DNA from: Terriglobia bacterium
Lineage (GTDB): Bacteria; Acidobacteriota; Terriglobia; Acidiferrales; UBA7541
Reading direction: 5' to 3'
Length of the DNA stretch: 64,000 nt
Assembly: GCA_020073705.1 (NCBI GenBank)
Contig: JAIQES010000010.1
Span: 20,166-84,165 of the forward strand
Under the pieces are notes generated by a model. It worked only from the letters and a program-made list of their open reading frames with translations. It was not told the origin of the DNA and did no database searches. Both the position numbers and the translations under genes were made by a program. Shown piece after piece: positions 48,895-58,930 of the stretch (its first letter is position 1; each line of letters opens with the position of its first letter).

Positions 48895-49524
48895 CTAGTG
48901 CGAATGCGTGAATGCGCCCCAGCCGACACGAATCCCGAAAGTATCGGTGCCGGGGTTGAATGGGGTAATTTGCGCGTCGGAAATGTGAAAATATCGGAAA
49001 TCAATGCTCCAGTGGTATTTCCCGCGAAGAAGATTGACGCCGATCGCGCCCGTGGGCGTGAAGTTGAGCCTTGCTGCCCCAACAGGTATCTCGCGCGTAG
49101 CGATCAAACCGCCGCCGCCAAGTTCGATGTAGGGCGAAATTCGCCGATGGGGCTCGAAATTCCACTTCATGATCCAGGGATCGAGCCCAAACCCATACGC
49201 TCGGCCGCCTGGCTGAAACACGACGACTACCGGAAGCACGTCCACGGCGTATTCAAACCTGCCACGCAGAAAGCCTGGGCCATGGGGGTCGGTCAGTACC
49301 CAGCCGTACCGCAAGCCGACGTTCCATACGCTATTGCCGAGCGTGACGCCCGGAGTGCCGATTGGATCGCCGCCCGCCCCTGTCCATACCTCCCACTCGT
49401 GACCGCGTTCGGGGGGCTGATCGCCGGAATTCGTCGTCGTAGTCGACTGGGCCGTTGCAGCGCTGACGCTCCAAAATAGCAATAGGAACAACAACGGAAT
49501 GGCAATGGTTCCCGCCCTTGTCAT
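48895..49524 (-). CDS. PagL-like lipid A deacylase / acyloxyacyl hydrolase outer-membrane protein
   Basis: Signal peptide MTRAGTIAIPLLFLLLFWSVSAATAQ, alternating beta-strand pattern, and a His-x-Ser motif near the C-terminus (FRYFHISDA), as in PagL (HISNA). Confidence 0.6.
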   Translation of the reverse strand: MTRAGTIAIPLLFLLLFWSVSAATAQSTTTTNSGDQPPERGHEWEVWTGAGGDPIGTPGVTLGNSVWNVGLRYGWVLTDPHGPGFLRGRFEYAVDVLPVVVVFQPGGRAYGFGLDPWIMKWNFEPHRRISPYIELGGGGLIATREIPVGAARLNFTPTGAIGVNLLRGKYHWSIDFRYFHISDAQITPFNPGTDTFGIRVGWGAFTHSH

Positions 49525-49893
49525 CAGTTGGGAAGATCTCAACCGGGCTCCCAAGTTTTACTTTATAAACTGTAACACAACTTAAAATCTGTCCCTTGAA
49601 TCAAATTTCTCTGTACGTGGCGGTTTGCGTCCCGACTTTCAGGGGGTAACGAACGACGTACCTTTTGAATCCCGCCTCGAATTCAGCTTGACAGAGCCTT
49701 TCCTCCTGACCAAACTCTTCTCAGTCATTCGAGCGGCGGCAGTGGCCGCGGTATCTTCGTGTTCCCGGCTGTGATTTAGCCGAAAAGAGAGGGCCAAATC
49801 GCTGTTCTTTATCCATCCAAGCAATCACATATAGTTTTAGCCGTTATTCTCTCTACGGTTACCTTAGTTGTCCTCGGGATCCTGCTGGAAGGG

Positions 49894-50997
49894 TTGCTCA
49901 TCAAACTTCCAAACAGCTCGAAGACTGGGTCTTCCTCCGAGCGCATCGGTGTGATTCACATCCATACCAAAGCTTCTGACGGCAGCGGGACGGTGGGGGA
50001 AGTCATGGCAGCCGCCCAGCAGGCAAATCTTTCCTTCATCGCGATCACCGACCACGATGTTGCGATGACAAATGACGACCTGGCTGAAGATCCGCCGGAC
50101 CTTCCCATCATTTCCGGTGAGGAGCTCGGCACGACCGCCGGGCACTTCCTCGCGCTTGGCCTTCCTCCTTCTTGGGTTCACCCCAAAACCAAGAATGACC
50201 GGGATTTGCTGGCCGCGGCTCGCGCCGTTGGCGCCTTCCGGATTCTCGCTCATCCGTTTCATCCGCATACGCCTTGGACGGATTGGGGGACATCTGATTT
50301 CGACGGCATGGAAATCTGGAACGAGGACGCGGCATGGCGTCAAAATAACGCCTTCGACTTGATGGATTCATTGCTCCTCTATGGAGAAAACGCTCAACTC
50401 GCCCTGGTGCGGCTGGCGCGCACACCGGACAAGAACTTTGCAAAGTGGGATGAGCTTCTCGAACAGCGGCCCGTCGCCGGGATTTGCGCCGCTGACACGC
50501 ATGCCCGGATACGCCTGGTAGCCGGGCTGGACTGGCGATTCCCGGGCTACGTGCCGTCCCTTAGAGTAGCCCGCGAACACGTGCTGCTCCGTCCGGACGC
50601 GAGTGGTGGCGACCCCGCGCACGCGAATGCTGCCGAGATCCTCGACGCACTCAGGCGAGGCCATTCTTTTTGCGCCCTGGATTCGCTTTACCCGGCAGAT
50701 GGTTTTTTGTTTCGTGTCTCGAGCGGGAGTGGCTCCGGCGGGCCCGGTGACTTTCTTCGCTGGGCGGGAGCCGGACGCATCCAAATTTCCGTACCCTCCG
50801 GCGCGAGTCTCCCGCTGATAAAGATTTTCCGCGACGGGCGGGAGATCGCGGAGGAGGAGACCCGGACCATCGACGCTCCCATCACCGGCCCCGGCCGCTA
50901 TCGCACTGAGGTTTTCCTGCGCCAGCCCGGCTTGACCGGCTGGCGGCGCTGGACCCTCTGGGTATTCGCAAATCCAGTTTACGTGACCGCGCAGTAA
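49894..50997 (+). CDS. PHP-domain metallo-phosphoesterase family protein
   Basis: 367 aa with IHIHTKASDGSG...FIAITDHD...ILAHP PHP motifs. Confidence 0.7.
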   Translation: MLIKLPNSSKTGSSSERIGVIHIHTKASDGSGTVGEVMAAAQQANLSFIAITDHDVAMTNDDLAEDPPDLPIISGEELGTTAGHFLALGLPPSWVHPKTKNDRDLLAAARAVGAFRILAHPFHPHTPWTDWGTSDFDGMEIWNEDAAWRQNNAFDLMDSLLLYGENAQLALVRLARTPDKNFAKWDELLEQRPVAGICAADTHARIRLVAGLDWRFPGYVPSLRVAREHVLLRPDASGGDPAHANAAEILDALRRGHSFCALDSLYPADGFLFRVSSGSGSGGPGDFLRWAGAGRIQISVPSGASLPLIKIFRDGREIAEEETRTIDAPITGPGRYRTEVFLRQPGLTGWRRWTLWVFANPVYVTAQ

Positions 50998-51393
50998 GCA
51001 TGGCCGATTTTTGGCCATTTCCCATTTCAAAATGTAGATGAACGAACAAAGCGGTATTTGGCACGGCGGCAGGCATCGGCCTTGGGCCCGAGCCAATGGA
51101 AAGTTACAACTTCAATTTTTTTCTTTGATGTGACCTAAGCTTCGCGTCGGACTGCATGAAATTGAATAAAGAGATGCAGAAATTCCGAGAGGAATCACGA
51201 ACCCGAATCCGGATATCCGCGGTAATATGTTTCGTAGTTTGAGTTCGCGCTCAAGCGAAAATACTTCGACGAGAATCCGACTTCCGGTTGAAGCATTTCG
51301 ATGAGCGTCACAAAAGGCCATCCAAGAGAATGCTCACTAAAGAAGCTGCTCAGGGGTCGGCAAGTAGTTAAGATAGAAGGAGAGAAAAACTGT

Positions 51394-51469
51394 GGGCGTG
51401 TAGCTCAGCTGGGAGAGCACCTGCTTTGCAAGCAGGGGGTCGCCGGTTCGATCCCGGCCACGTCCACCA
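51394..51469 (+). tRNA. tRNA-Ala (anticodon UGC), CCA encoded
   Basis: GGGCGTG acceptor with the G3:U70 identity pair, D arm TAGCTCAGCTGGGAGAGCA, anticodon loop CTTTGCAAG, T arm GCCGGTTCGATCCCGGC, 3' end CACGTCCACCA. Length 76 nt. Confidence 0.95.
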
Positions 51470-51743
51470 ACCATCTGCCTATCTGCTATTGGCGTAGGTC
51501 CTAGTGCGCCGTTTTTCCGTGGGATCAATGAGAGCACCCCGGCGTTCAAGCCGTCCTGCGTCCTCTTCTCGGAATGTGGCTTTTTGCGCCTGGGAGGAAC
51601 TGGCCAGTTACCGATAATCTCGTTTCTCAGGACTTATCCGAGACTTCGCAAATTTGTTGTGGCCGAAGCAGGAGCAGGGATACGATGAACAGCGCGAGGC
51701 CAGAAGACAGGCGCAAACGAGCCTACGGGAGGATTGTAGAGAG

Positions 51744-52754
51744 ATGGACGAACCACGTATGGATCATATTATGCAAGTGGGCCTCGGCTTTTGGGCCTCA
51801 AAAGCATTGTTGAGCGCCGTCGAGATGGAAGTGTTCACTGAACTAGCCAAACATCCGGAAGATTTGGCGACGCTTACCGATGAGCTGGGGCTGCATCCAC
51901 GCTCTGCCCGCGATTTTCTGGATGCTCTCGTGGCGCTGAAGTTCCTTGATCGCCGAGACGGAAAATACTACAACACTCCGGCAACCGACCTCTTCCTCGA
52001 TAAGCGCAAGCCGTCATATGTCGGCGGGATGTTGGAGATGGCCAATCACCGCCTATACCCCTTCTGGAACAACTTGACTGTCGCCCTGCGAACCGGAGAA
52101 GCGCAGAACGAAGCACGAAATGGCGGCCAAAGCCCCTTCGCGCTCCTTTACGCCGATCCGGAAAGGCTTCGTGGTTTTCTTAAAGCGATGACCGCCATCA
52201 GCCGCGGGGCGAATGTTGCGATCGCAAAGCAATTTCCCTGGAGGCAATACAAATCGGCTGTGGACGTTGGAACCGCCCAGGGTGATCTGATCGTTCAGGT
52301 GGCGCTAGCGAATCCGCACATTTCCGGCGTCGGTTTTGATTTGCCCGAGGTGGGTCCTATTTTCAAGGACTATGTGGCCGCCAATGGGCTTTCCTCCCGA
52401 GTCGAGTTCCGCCCGGGAAGCTTTTTCGACTCTTCGCTGCCTAGGGCTGACGTTGTCATGATGGGCCACATCCTTCACGACTGGAACCTGGAGGAAAAGA
52501 AGCTCCTCATTCGCAAAGCGTACGAGGCCATTGCTCCAGGAGGGGCGCTCATCGTCTACGAAAGCATCATTGATGATGACCGGTCACAGAACGCTTTCGG
52601 TTTACTTATGAGCTTGAACATGCTCATCGAGACCCCTGGCGGTTTCGATTACACGGGAGCGGACTGCATGAGTTGGATGAAGGAAGCGGGATTCCGCGAA
52701 ACTCGTGTCGAACACTTGTTGGGTCCAGAGTCCATGGTGATTGGCATCAAGTGA
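51744..52754 (+). CDS. class I SAM-dependent O-methyltransferase with N-terminal dimerisation domain
   Basis: ATG 51744, giving [34 protein letters not shown]... SAM motif [11 protein letters not shown] and HILHDW. Confidence 0.8.
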   Translation: MDEPRMDHIMQVGLGFWASKALLSAVEMEVFTELAKHPEDLATLTDELGLHPRSARDFLDALVALKFLDRRDGKYYNTPATDLFLDKRKPSYVGGMLEMANHRLYPFWNNLTVALRTGEAQNEARNGGQSPFALLYADPERLRGFLKAMTAISRGANVAIAKQFPWRQYKSAVDVGTAQGDLIVQVALANPHISGVGFDLPEVGPIFKDYVAANGLSSRVEFRPGSFFDSSLPRADVVMMGHILHDWNLEEKKLLIRKAYEAIAPGGALIVYESIIDDDRSQNAFGLLMSLNMLIETPGGFDYTGADCMSWMKEAGFRETRVEHLLGPESMVIGIK

Positions 52755-53166
52755 GCCGACGGCCTAGGCTGGTTGCGACGGAACTGCAAACGGCCTTAGA
52801 GACGTCCAGCCGGATTTGCGTTAGACGCACAACTCTTGCGTCCTCTTCTCGTCATGTGGGAGCCAGATTCCGAGAAGACCGTTTCTCGGACCTATGAAGT
52901 TCAACGGGCCACCGGTAGCGGCGGCCTGTTTCTTTTAGGACCGCCTCGCTCCCTGCGCGCGAGTCTGAATCACGCGCAGAGAATGGGGGCGATCCCGCTT
53001 CATTTCTCTCCGATCTGCGGTTGACACCGCCAGGGGCGTGGGCTATGGTTCTGCGCGAGCAAACGTACAGAAACCGGTAGCTCCGGATTGGCTTTGCTGT
53101 GCAGGATTATTGGCCAGCTGCGGTTTCAATACCTGCGGAGTCTGACTTTTTTGAGGGAGGCAAGAG

Positions 53167-54462
53167 ATGCGTAAGCGCGCTCTGGTTTTGGCGGGTGCCG
53201 CCGCTGTTTTCGTTGCCGGCTTTCTAGTGGGCAATCGCCTCATGCCCGTGCAAGGGCAAGCAATGCCCGGCACAGGGTTCGCGGGCGTTCCCGGCGCGAA
53301 AGGCGGCGAGGACGTTACCGGCCCCTACGATGCAGTCGCGGACTGGCCGAAGCCCCTGTCGCAATTGCCCGGCCACGAAAACTGGACGTGGGGCGCGGTC
53401 GAGGGCATCTTCGCGGAAAGCCCGAACCGCGTGTTCATCGCCCAGCGCGGCGAACTTCCCCTGCTGAAACGTCCAGCGAATACACCGCTCCCGCAAATCG
53501 GGCCAAGCCTCTCCTTCCCTACCGGTGAGGTACCCTTCCGCAACGCTTCACAGGGCCCCGTGGCCAGCCTGCCTGGAGGCGGCGCACCCGGCGACAAGCC
53601 CGAGGACGCCGACAAGCTTTGGGGAGGCCGCAAGGACATCGACGCCCGGTGGGAGCACACGCTGGTGGTGGTCAACGCCAGCGGCGACATTACGGAACAA
53701 TGGACCCAGTGGGATTCCTTCCTCGAGCGGCCGCACGCTGTTTACATCAATCCATACGACCCGGAGAAGAGCGTTTGGATGGTGGACGATTACAAGGAAG
53801 CCCTCTTCAAGTTCAGCAACGACGGAAAGAAGTTGCTGCAAACCATCGGCACGCCCGACCAATCCGGCGCGGACGACGCGCATTTCAACCGGCCGACATT
53901 CATCACTTGGCTGCCCGATAGCACGATGTTCGTCGCCGACGGATACAACGGCACGCGCGTGGCGAAGTTCGACAAGAGCGGCAAGTTCCTGCTGGCCTGG
54001 GGCCAGAAGGGCAATCCGCCGGGCGATACACGGCCCGGCTACTTCAACGTCGTGCACGGCATCGCTGCCGACCCCGTCACGCACCACGTCTACGTCTGCG
54101 ACCGCAGCAACCACCGCATCCAGGTATTCGACGAGAACGGCAAGTTCCTCGACCAGTGGCCTCTGGACAAGTATTCTTCGGTGAACTTCCTGTACATGTC
54201 TGCCGACCGTCACTTGTGGATCGCCGACGACCGCAATGACAAGATCGTCGAGTACGATCTCGACGGCCACCTTCTCTACGCATGGGGCACGTTGTCCGAC
54301 AACCCCGGCGGTCTTTTCAACACACATGGCATGAGCGTGGACCAGGACGGCAATTTGTACATCGCCGAAGTCGGCAACGGCCGTGCGCAGAAATTCCGCC
54401 CGCGGCAAGGCGCGGATCCGTCGAAATTGGTCGGCAAGCCGGTCTACTCGGCCTGGAAGTAG
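53167..54462 (+). CDS. secreted NHL-repeat beta-propeller protein (peptidylglycine amidating-lyase-like)
   Basis: 431 aa with an N-terminal signal/anchor. Repeated NHL-type blades are present (FNRPTFITWLPDSTMFVADGYNGTRVAKF; HGIAADPVTHHVYVCDRSNHRIQVF; HGMSVDQDGNLYIAEVGNGRAQKF). Confidence 0.75.
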   Translation: MRKRALVLAGAAAVFVAGFLVGNRLMPVQGQAMPGTGFAGVPGAKGGEDVTGPYDAVADWPKPLSQLPGHENWTWGAVEGIFAESPNRVFIAQRGELPLLKRPANTPLPQIGPSLSFPTGEVPFRNASQGPVASLPGGGAPGDKPEDADKLWGGRKDIDARWEHTLVVVNASGDITEQWTQWDSFLERPHAVYINPYDPEKSVWMVDDYKEALFKFSNDGKKLLQTIGTPDQSGADDAHFNRPTFITWLPDSTMFVADGYNGTRVAKFDKSGKFLLAWGQKGNPPGDTRPGYFNVVHGIAADPVTHHVYVCDRSNHRIQVFDENGKFLDQWPLDKYSSVNFLYMSADRHLWIADDRNDKIVEYDLDGHLLYAWGTLSDNPGGLFNTHGMSVDQDGNLYIAEVGNGRAQKFRPRQGADPSKLVGKPVYSAWK

Positions 54463-54569
54463 GGCACATTCCTCCACGGAAGAGGCGAAAGCAGTGGCTG
54501 TTTCGACATTGCAGCCATGCAAAGCAATGCGACCGCGCATTACTGGTGGGAAATACCGTCCATCAGAAT

Positions 54570-55226
54570 TCAGCGTGCCGGGAGCACCTGGAGGGGTGGC
54601 GTCTTGCCTCCCGGAGTAGGATCCTCGGCCGTATTGCTCAACATGGCTATGGTTATGTAGGTGCCGCTGACCGCGATCAGATCGACAATTTGCTGATCGC
54701 TGAAAACCTCGCGCGCTTTTTTGAATGACGCATCGCTTACCACGTGATTGGTCGCAAGATCCATAGAGAGATCGTACACCGCCGCCTCGTCCGGCTGCAT
54801 GGACGCCGGCCGCTTTCCTACCTTGAGATCATTCGCGACAGCTTCCGGCAGTCCCGCTTTGATCGCCAACGGATAGTGAGCCGTCCACTCCACCTGCGAG
54901 GTCCACAGCCGGGCCTGGATCAGGATCGCGAACTCATTCAGCCGGCGTGGAACGGAAGTGTTGAAACGCAGGTAATCGAGCATCGCAAACAAACGCTGGC
55001 CCATGACCGGGCTGCGCAGCATCATATTGTACGGACCAGAAATCCCGATGCTCGAGACCTTCAGAATCTCATCCGCAAACGGGCGCTGTTGATCATTCAG
55101 CTGCTCCACTTTGAGTTGAGGGAATCGCTGTTCCTTATCCGAGGACTGCACTTGCACCTCCGACATCATGAGCGCCAAACCAATTCCAACCGCTACGCAC
55201 AACGCTAACACGATACGTCGCTTCAT
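54570..55226 (-). CDS. carboxymuconolactone decarboxylase (AhpD-like) family protein with signal peptide
   Basis: ATG 55226 with a GGAGGAG RBS, giving MKRRIVLALCVAVGIGLALMM... It contains LNEFAILIQARLWTSQVEWTAH, typical of the CMD family. Confidence 0.7.
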   Translation of the reverse strand: MKRRIVLALCVAVGIGLALMMSEVQVQSSDKEQRFPQLKVEQLNDQQRPFADEILKVSSIGISGPYNMMLRSPVMGQRLFAMLDYLRFNTSVPRRLNEFAILIQARLWTSQVEWTAHYPLAIKAGLPEAVANDLKVGKRPASMQPDEAAVYDLSMDLATNHVVSDASFKKAREVFSDQQIVDLIAVSGTYITIAMLSNTAEDPTPGGKTPPLQVLPAR

Positions 55227-55379
55227 GTCTTTCTCCTCCGCGCCTGGAATATCCACTCGACTTTCCTTGTCGAACGGCAACATATATCCAGCTGCGCCGG
55301 AATGCAACGTTCCGACGCATTGCAATCTTCAAATTCTTCCTGTGGGCGATCCCTTCACTTTCGGGGGCGAAAGGGGGAT

Positions 55380-55686
55380 AGGTTTCCGAAGGAATGGTAG
55401 GCCCGTGCGATACGTTGGTTCCGGCGTTGTTCACCAAGATGTCGACGCGTTCGAACTCGCGCGTGGCAGAGTCGACCATGTTCTAGATCTAGTCCAACCG
55501 TCCCACATGGCAAGCGATCGGCTTCACGGCTGGGCCTATCTCGCGTGCCACTTGATCGAGCGTTTCCTGCTTGCGGCCGCAGATGACCACTTTCGCACCC
55601 TCGCGGACAAACGTCTCCGCGATGGACCTTCCAACGCCGCGGCTCGCTCCCGTGACGATGGCCACTTTGTCCTTCAATGCACCCAC
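55380..55686 (-). pseudogene. short-chain dehydrogenase/reductase remnant (two in-frame TAG codons, 3' truncated)
   Basis: [40 protein letters not shown]...CHVGRLD-TAG-I-TAG-NMVDSATREFERVDILVNNAGTNVSHGP reads in a single frame. TGxxxGxG and NNAG are present. Similarity stops before the catalytic YxxxK region. Confidence 0.7.
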
Positions 55687-55746
55687 AAAACCACCTCGCG
55701 TTTCTTCCGTTGTTCTTGATGGATATCTGCTGAATCACTCCGCGAT

Positions 55747-57171
55747 TCAATCATTCTTGAGGCCCGCGAGTTGCAGGGCCAGCGAAAAAGCCCTTCCGGG
55801 ATCGTATGCTCGGAACATAGCTAGCTTCTCTGCTTCGATCGATCCTTCAGCATGGACAGCGAGGAGCGCTTGGTAGCCGCCGTAGAGACGCGTGCTGAGT
55901 TCCCCAATCAGGTTGAGCATAGCCAGCCGTCGGTCGGTCGGCCACGCGCCTTGCAAATACTTCTCCAACACCGGGCGGACCTCCGCAGATTCCCAGTCCA
56001 TTCCGGATGGCCCCGTGACCAAGAGGCCACCAGCAAGGTCTTGGACAGTTTCAAGCGCCTTGTGAAAGTCGCGTGCGAACGTCCACTTTGCCATGTTGGA
56101 GGTGAAGACATGAGGGTAGGCCACCCCGGCCTCCACCTCACACCGCAGAGCTGCAAGCTCGGTCAGCCCCCGAACCGTCTCGGCGTAGCCAACAAGCCAG
56201 GTCAGCTTATCGCGGACATGGCCTGCGTGGTCGATGCCGTTCGCCCGCGCGATTGCGATTCCAGCACCTACAAGGGCGTCGAGCAATGGCAGCTTGTAGC
56301 TTACCGCAGTAAACCGGTGGAACTCCACAAACGTGAGTGCAGCCGCGCCGGCCAAATCAGGCCGGTCCACAAAAAACACGCGTTCCCATGGAACGAACAC
56401 GTTGTCGAACACGGTGAGCGTCTCGATCATTTTGTGGTTCGTTGAGATAGGACGGGTGAACGGATCGTCGCTGCCGTGCAAATAGTCCGATGCGTAGAGG
56501 TGTACCCCGGGTGACGCCACGGGAATCGCGAAGGCCACGGACCAGGCTTCCTCGCCTAACCCCATCGTTCGGCTGGGAAGGACAATTACTTCATCGACAT
56601 ACGGAGTGCACGAAGTGTGCACCTTGGCTCCGCGAACTACGATCCCATCGTGCCGCTTTTCGACGACTCTGACATAAAGGTCCGGGTCCTTCTGCTCCGA
56701 AGGGCGCTTGCTGCGATCCCCTTTCACATCCGTCTGGGCCACGGCGAGCGCTAGGTCACGGTCACGGCACTTCCTGTAGAAAGCATCCACTCGCCCCAGA
56801 CCTGTTACGTCCCCATTTCGCGCGAGCACACGCTGGAGGGCGAATAACGCATCGGTTCCGATTTCCTTGACCAGGATGACTAGGGTGGCGCCTGCCGTTG
56901 TAGCTGTTTCGATCAACTTCGACCGCGCCATCAGGTCCTTTGCGTTGCGGGGTATCCGGTAGTAAGCCGAATACTCGTCGCCTCCCTCGCGGTAAACAGC
57001 TAGCTCGCGAAACTTCGGATTCTCGGCCAGTTGGAAGTCGATCGCCGCATGCCGGGCGGCCATGCCGAGCTCGGGATGGTCCGGCACCGCCTTCACCCGC
57101 TGTCCGCGGTAGTAGACCGTCCGGTCATCTCGCAATCCATCGAGGAACTGTTCAGGTGTTCGAACTCCCAT
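55747..57171 (-). CDS. 4-hydroxybutyryl-CoA dehydratase (AbfD) / HpaB superfamily protein
   Basis: 474 aa. TDVKGDRSKRPSEQKDPDLYVRVVEKRHDGIVVRGAKVHTS and VFDNVFVPWERVFF closely resemble the AbfD/HpaB family core. Confidence 0.75.
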   Translation of the reverse strand: MGVRTPEQFLDGLRDDRTVYYRGQRVKAVPDHPELGMAARHAAIDFQLAENPKFRELAVYREGGDEYSAYYRIPRNAKDLMARSKLIETATTAGATLVILVKEIGTDALFALQRVLARNGDVTGLGRVDAFYRKCRDRDLALAVAQTDVKGDRSKRPSEQKDPDLYVRVVEKRHDGIVVRGAKVHTSCTPYVDEVIVLPSRTMGLGEEAWSVAFAIPVASPGVHLYASDYLHGSDDPFTRPISTNHKMIETLTVFDNVFVPWERVFFVDRPDLAGAAALTFVEFHRFTAVSYKLPLLDALVGAGIAIARANGIDHAGHVRDKLTWLVGYAETVRGLTELAALRCEVEAGVAYPHVFTSNMAKWTFARDFHKALETVQDLAGGLLVTGPSGMDWESAEVRPVLEKYLQGAWPTDRRLAMLNLIGELSTRLYGGYQALLAVHAEGSIEAEKLAMFRAYDPGRAFSLALQLAGLKND

Positions 57172-57267
57172 TTCCGTGCCTCCTGCATATCAATCGTAGC
57201 CTGGATAACATACCACTTCACCCTCGTGCGGCACGACGGCCCAAGGGACTAACCCCCTTATGCTTGC

Positions 57268-58857
57268 TTAGGATTCGAATGAAGATGTGGTTAGCCGTGC
57301 CCGCAAAAGGTGTTTTTGAATCTTGCCCGTCGAGGTCTTTGGCAGCTCCTCGAACCGAATCTCCTTGGGTGCCTTGAAGTGCGCGATTCGACTGCGGACG
57401 AAGTTGATCAACTCGGCCTCGGTAGCCGACATGCCAGGCCTCAAAACAACGAAGGCAACAGGGACTTCTCCCCAATAGCTATCACTGCGCGCCACAACCG
57501 CAGACTCGAGAACAGAGGGATGTTCGGCAAGAACTTTCTCAATTTCCACGGAAGCAATGTTTTCGCCACCCGTGATGATAATATCTTTTGCGCGATCCTT
57601 GAGTTCAATATACCCGTCCGGGTGCCGGACCCCCAGATCACTCGTACGAAACCATCCGTGGATTCTAGCCGCAAGAGTTGCTTCTTCGTCGTGGTAATAG
57701 CCCATACAAACATTATTTCCACGAATCACGATTTCGCCGAGTGTCTCCCCGTCCGCAGGGACATCACGACCGCCCGAATCGACTACGCTGATGCCTTGCG
57801 TCACAACATTACCGATGCCTTGACGCGCATTCAGGCGTGACTTCTCGGTTTCTGGTTTATCTGACCACTCGGGCTGCCATTGATTTATGACCGCGGGGCC
57901 GTAAGTCTCCGTCATACCGTACAAGTGGGTTACCTCCATATTAAGAGCTGCTAATCGTGCGAGAATTGAAGGTGATGGAGGAGTACCTCCCGTTCCGACC
58001 TGAATGGGCCATGGTGGTTTGCGATCCTGCATCTTGTTCGCAGCTTCGGCGACCATCGTCAGGAGGGTAGGCGCTGCACTCATGTGGGTGACACCCCCGT
58101 CGCAGATCTTCATCCAGATTGCGTTTGGATCGATTTGACGCTGGCAGATGTGGACAGCTCCGGCGGCCGTGACAGCCCAGGTGTAACACCAGCCGTTGCA
58201 GTGAAACATGGGCAGCGTCCACAGGTATGAGCTACCCAGCCTCAGACGGGAATGATAGGCCACCGCGAGGGCTTGCAAGTATGCGCCACGATGATTGTAC
58301 ATGACGCCCTTTGGGCGTCCTGTGCTTCCACTGGTGTAGTTGATGGCGAGTAATGACTTCTCGTCGATCGCAGCAATCGCGCGCATCTGTGAACCTTCCA
58401 AGCGTTGCTCATACTCACTCGAGCGCGAGCCAGCGAGCAGCAACCTTACACCTGTATGTGCTGAAAGGCTTCGGGCGGTGTCCGCGAGTTCTTGTGTCGC
58501 AACGATCAGGCGTGCCTCGGAATTCTTAATGATATAGGCCATTTCCGCCACAGAAAGCCTGATATTCATCGGCACCAAAACCGCCCCAGCCATGGGCACA
58601 CCATTGTGCAGCTCAAGCATCACGTGGCTGTTGACGCAGAGCGCTGCAACCCTGTCCCCAGGTCGAATTCCAGCCTCATGAAGAAGCGCGGCCAGGCGAT
58701 GGGCTCTATCAGCAAACTCGCGATATGTGTAGCACAGTTCGCCGTCAATGATTGCTCTTCTGTTTGCGAATGCTGCTGCGGCACGATCGAGAAAGGACAC
58801 CGGACTAAGTGGAATCGCGGTTTCGTCGAGCATAAGGCACTCCAGTTCTGTGGCCAC
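57268..58857 (-). CDS. AMP-dependent acyl-CoA synthetase/ligase
   Basis: 529 aa with AMP-binding motif INYTSGSTGRPKGV, plus YGMTE and TGD-type motifs (FRTSDLGV, KDIIITGGENI). Confidence 0.9.
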   Translation of the reverse strand: MATELECLMLDETAIPLSPVSFLDRAAAAFANRRAIIDGELCYTYREFADRAHRLAALLHEAGIRPGDRVAALCVNSHVMLELHNGVPMAGAVLVPMNIRLSVAEMAYIIKNSEARLIVATQELADTARSLSAHTGVRLLLAGSRSSEYEQRLEGSQMRAIAAIDEKSLLAINYTSGSTGRPKGVMYNHRGAYLQALAVAYHSRLRLGSSYLWTLPMFHCNGWCYTWAVTAAGAVHICQRQIDPNAIWMKICDGGVTHMSAAPTLLTMVAEAANKMQDRKPPWPIQVGTGGTPPSPSILARLAALNMEVTHLYGMTETYGPAVINQWQPEWSDKPETEKSRLNARQGIGNVVTQGISVVDSGGRDVPADGETLGEIVIRGNNVCMGYYHDEEATLAARIHGWFRTSDLGVRHPDGYIELKDRAKDIIITGGENIASVEIEKVLAEHPSVLESAVVARSDSYWGEVPVAFVVLRPGMSATEAELINFVRSRIAHFKAPKEIRFEELPKTSTGKIQKHLLRARLTTSSFES

Positions 58858-58930
58858 GCAGCCGCAGGTTTACCCCACGCCATCCCGCCACAATAGTTAC
58901 CGTGCGTGCCGCACCCCCCGAGTCGCCGGT

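Noticed and set aside
51112-51321. 69-aa minus-strand ORF in the AT-rich spacer before tRNA-Ala.
   Set aside because: It has no RBS, no recognisable domain and an odd composition. It is mentioned only as part of the AT-rich spacer.
55480-55495. TCTAGATCTAG as evidence of deliberate engineering (XbaI/BglII linker).
   Set aside because: There are no vector, marker or scar sequences nearby, and a single short palindrome is insufficient. It is reported only as an oddity within the SDR pseudogene.
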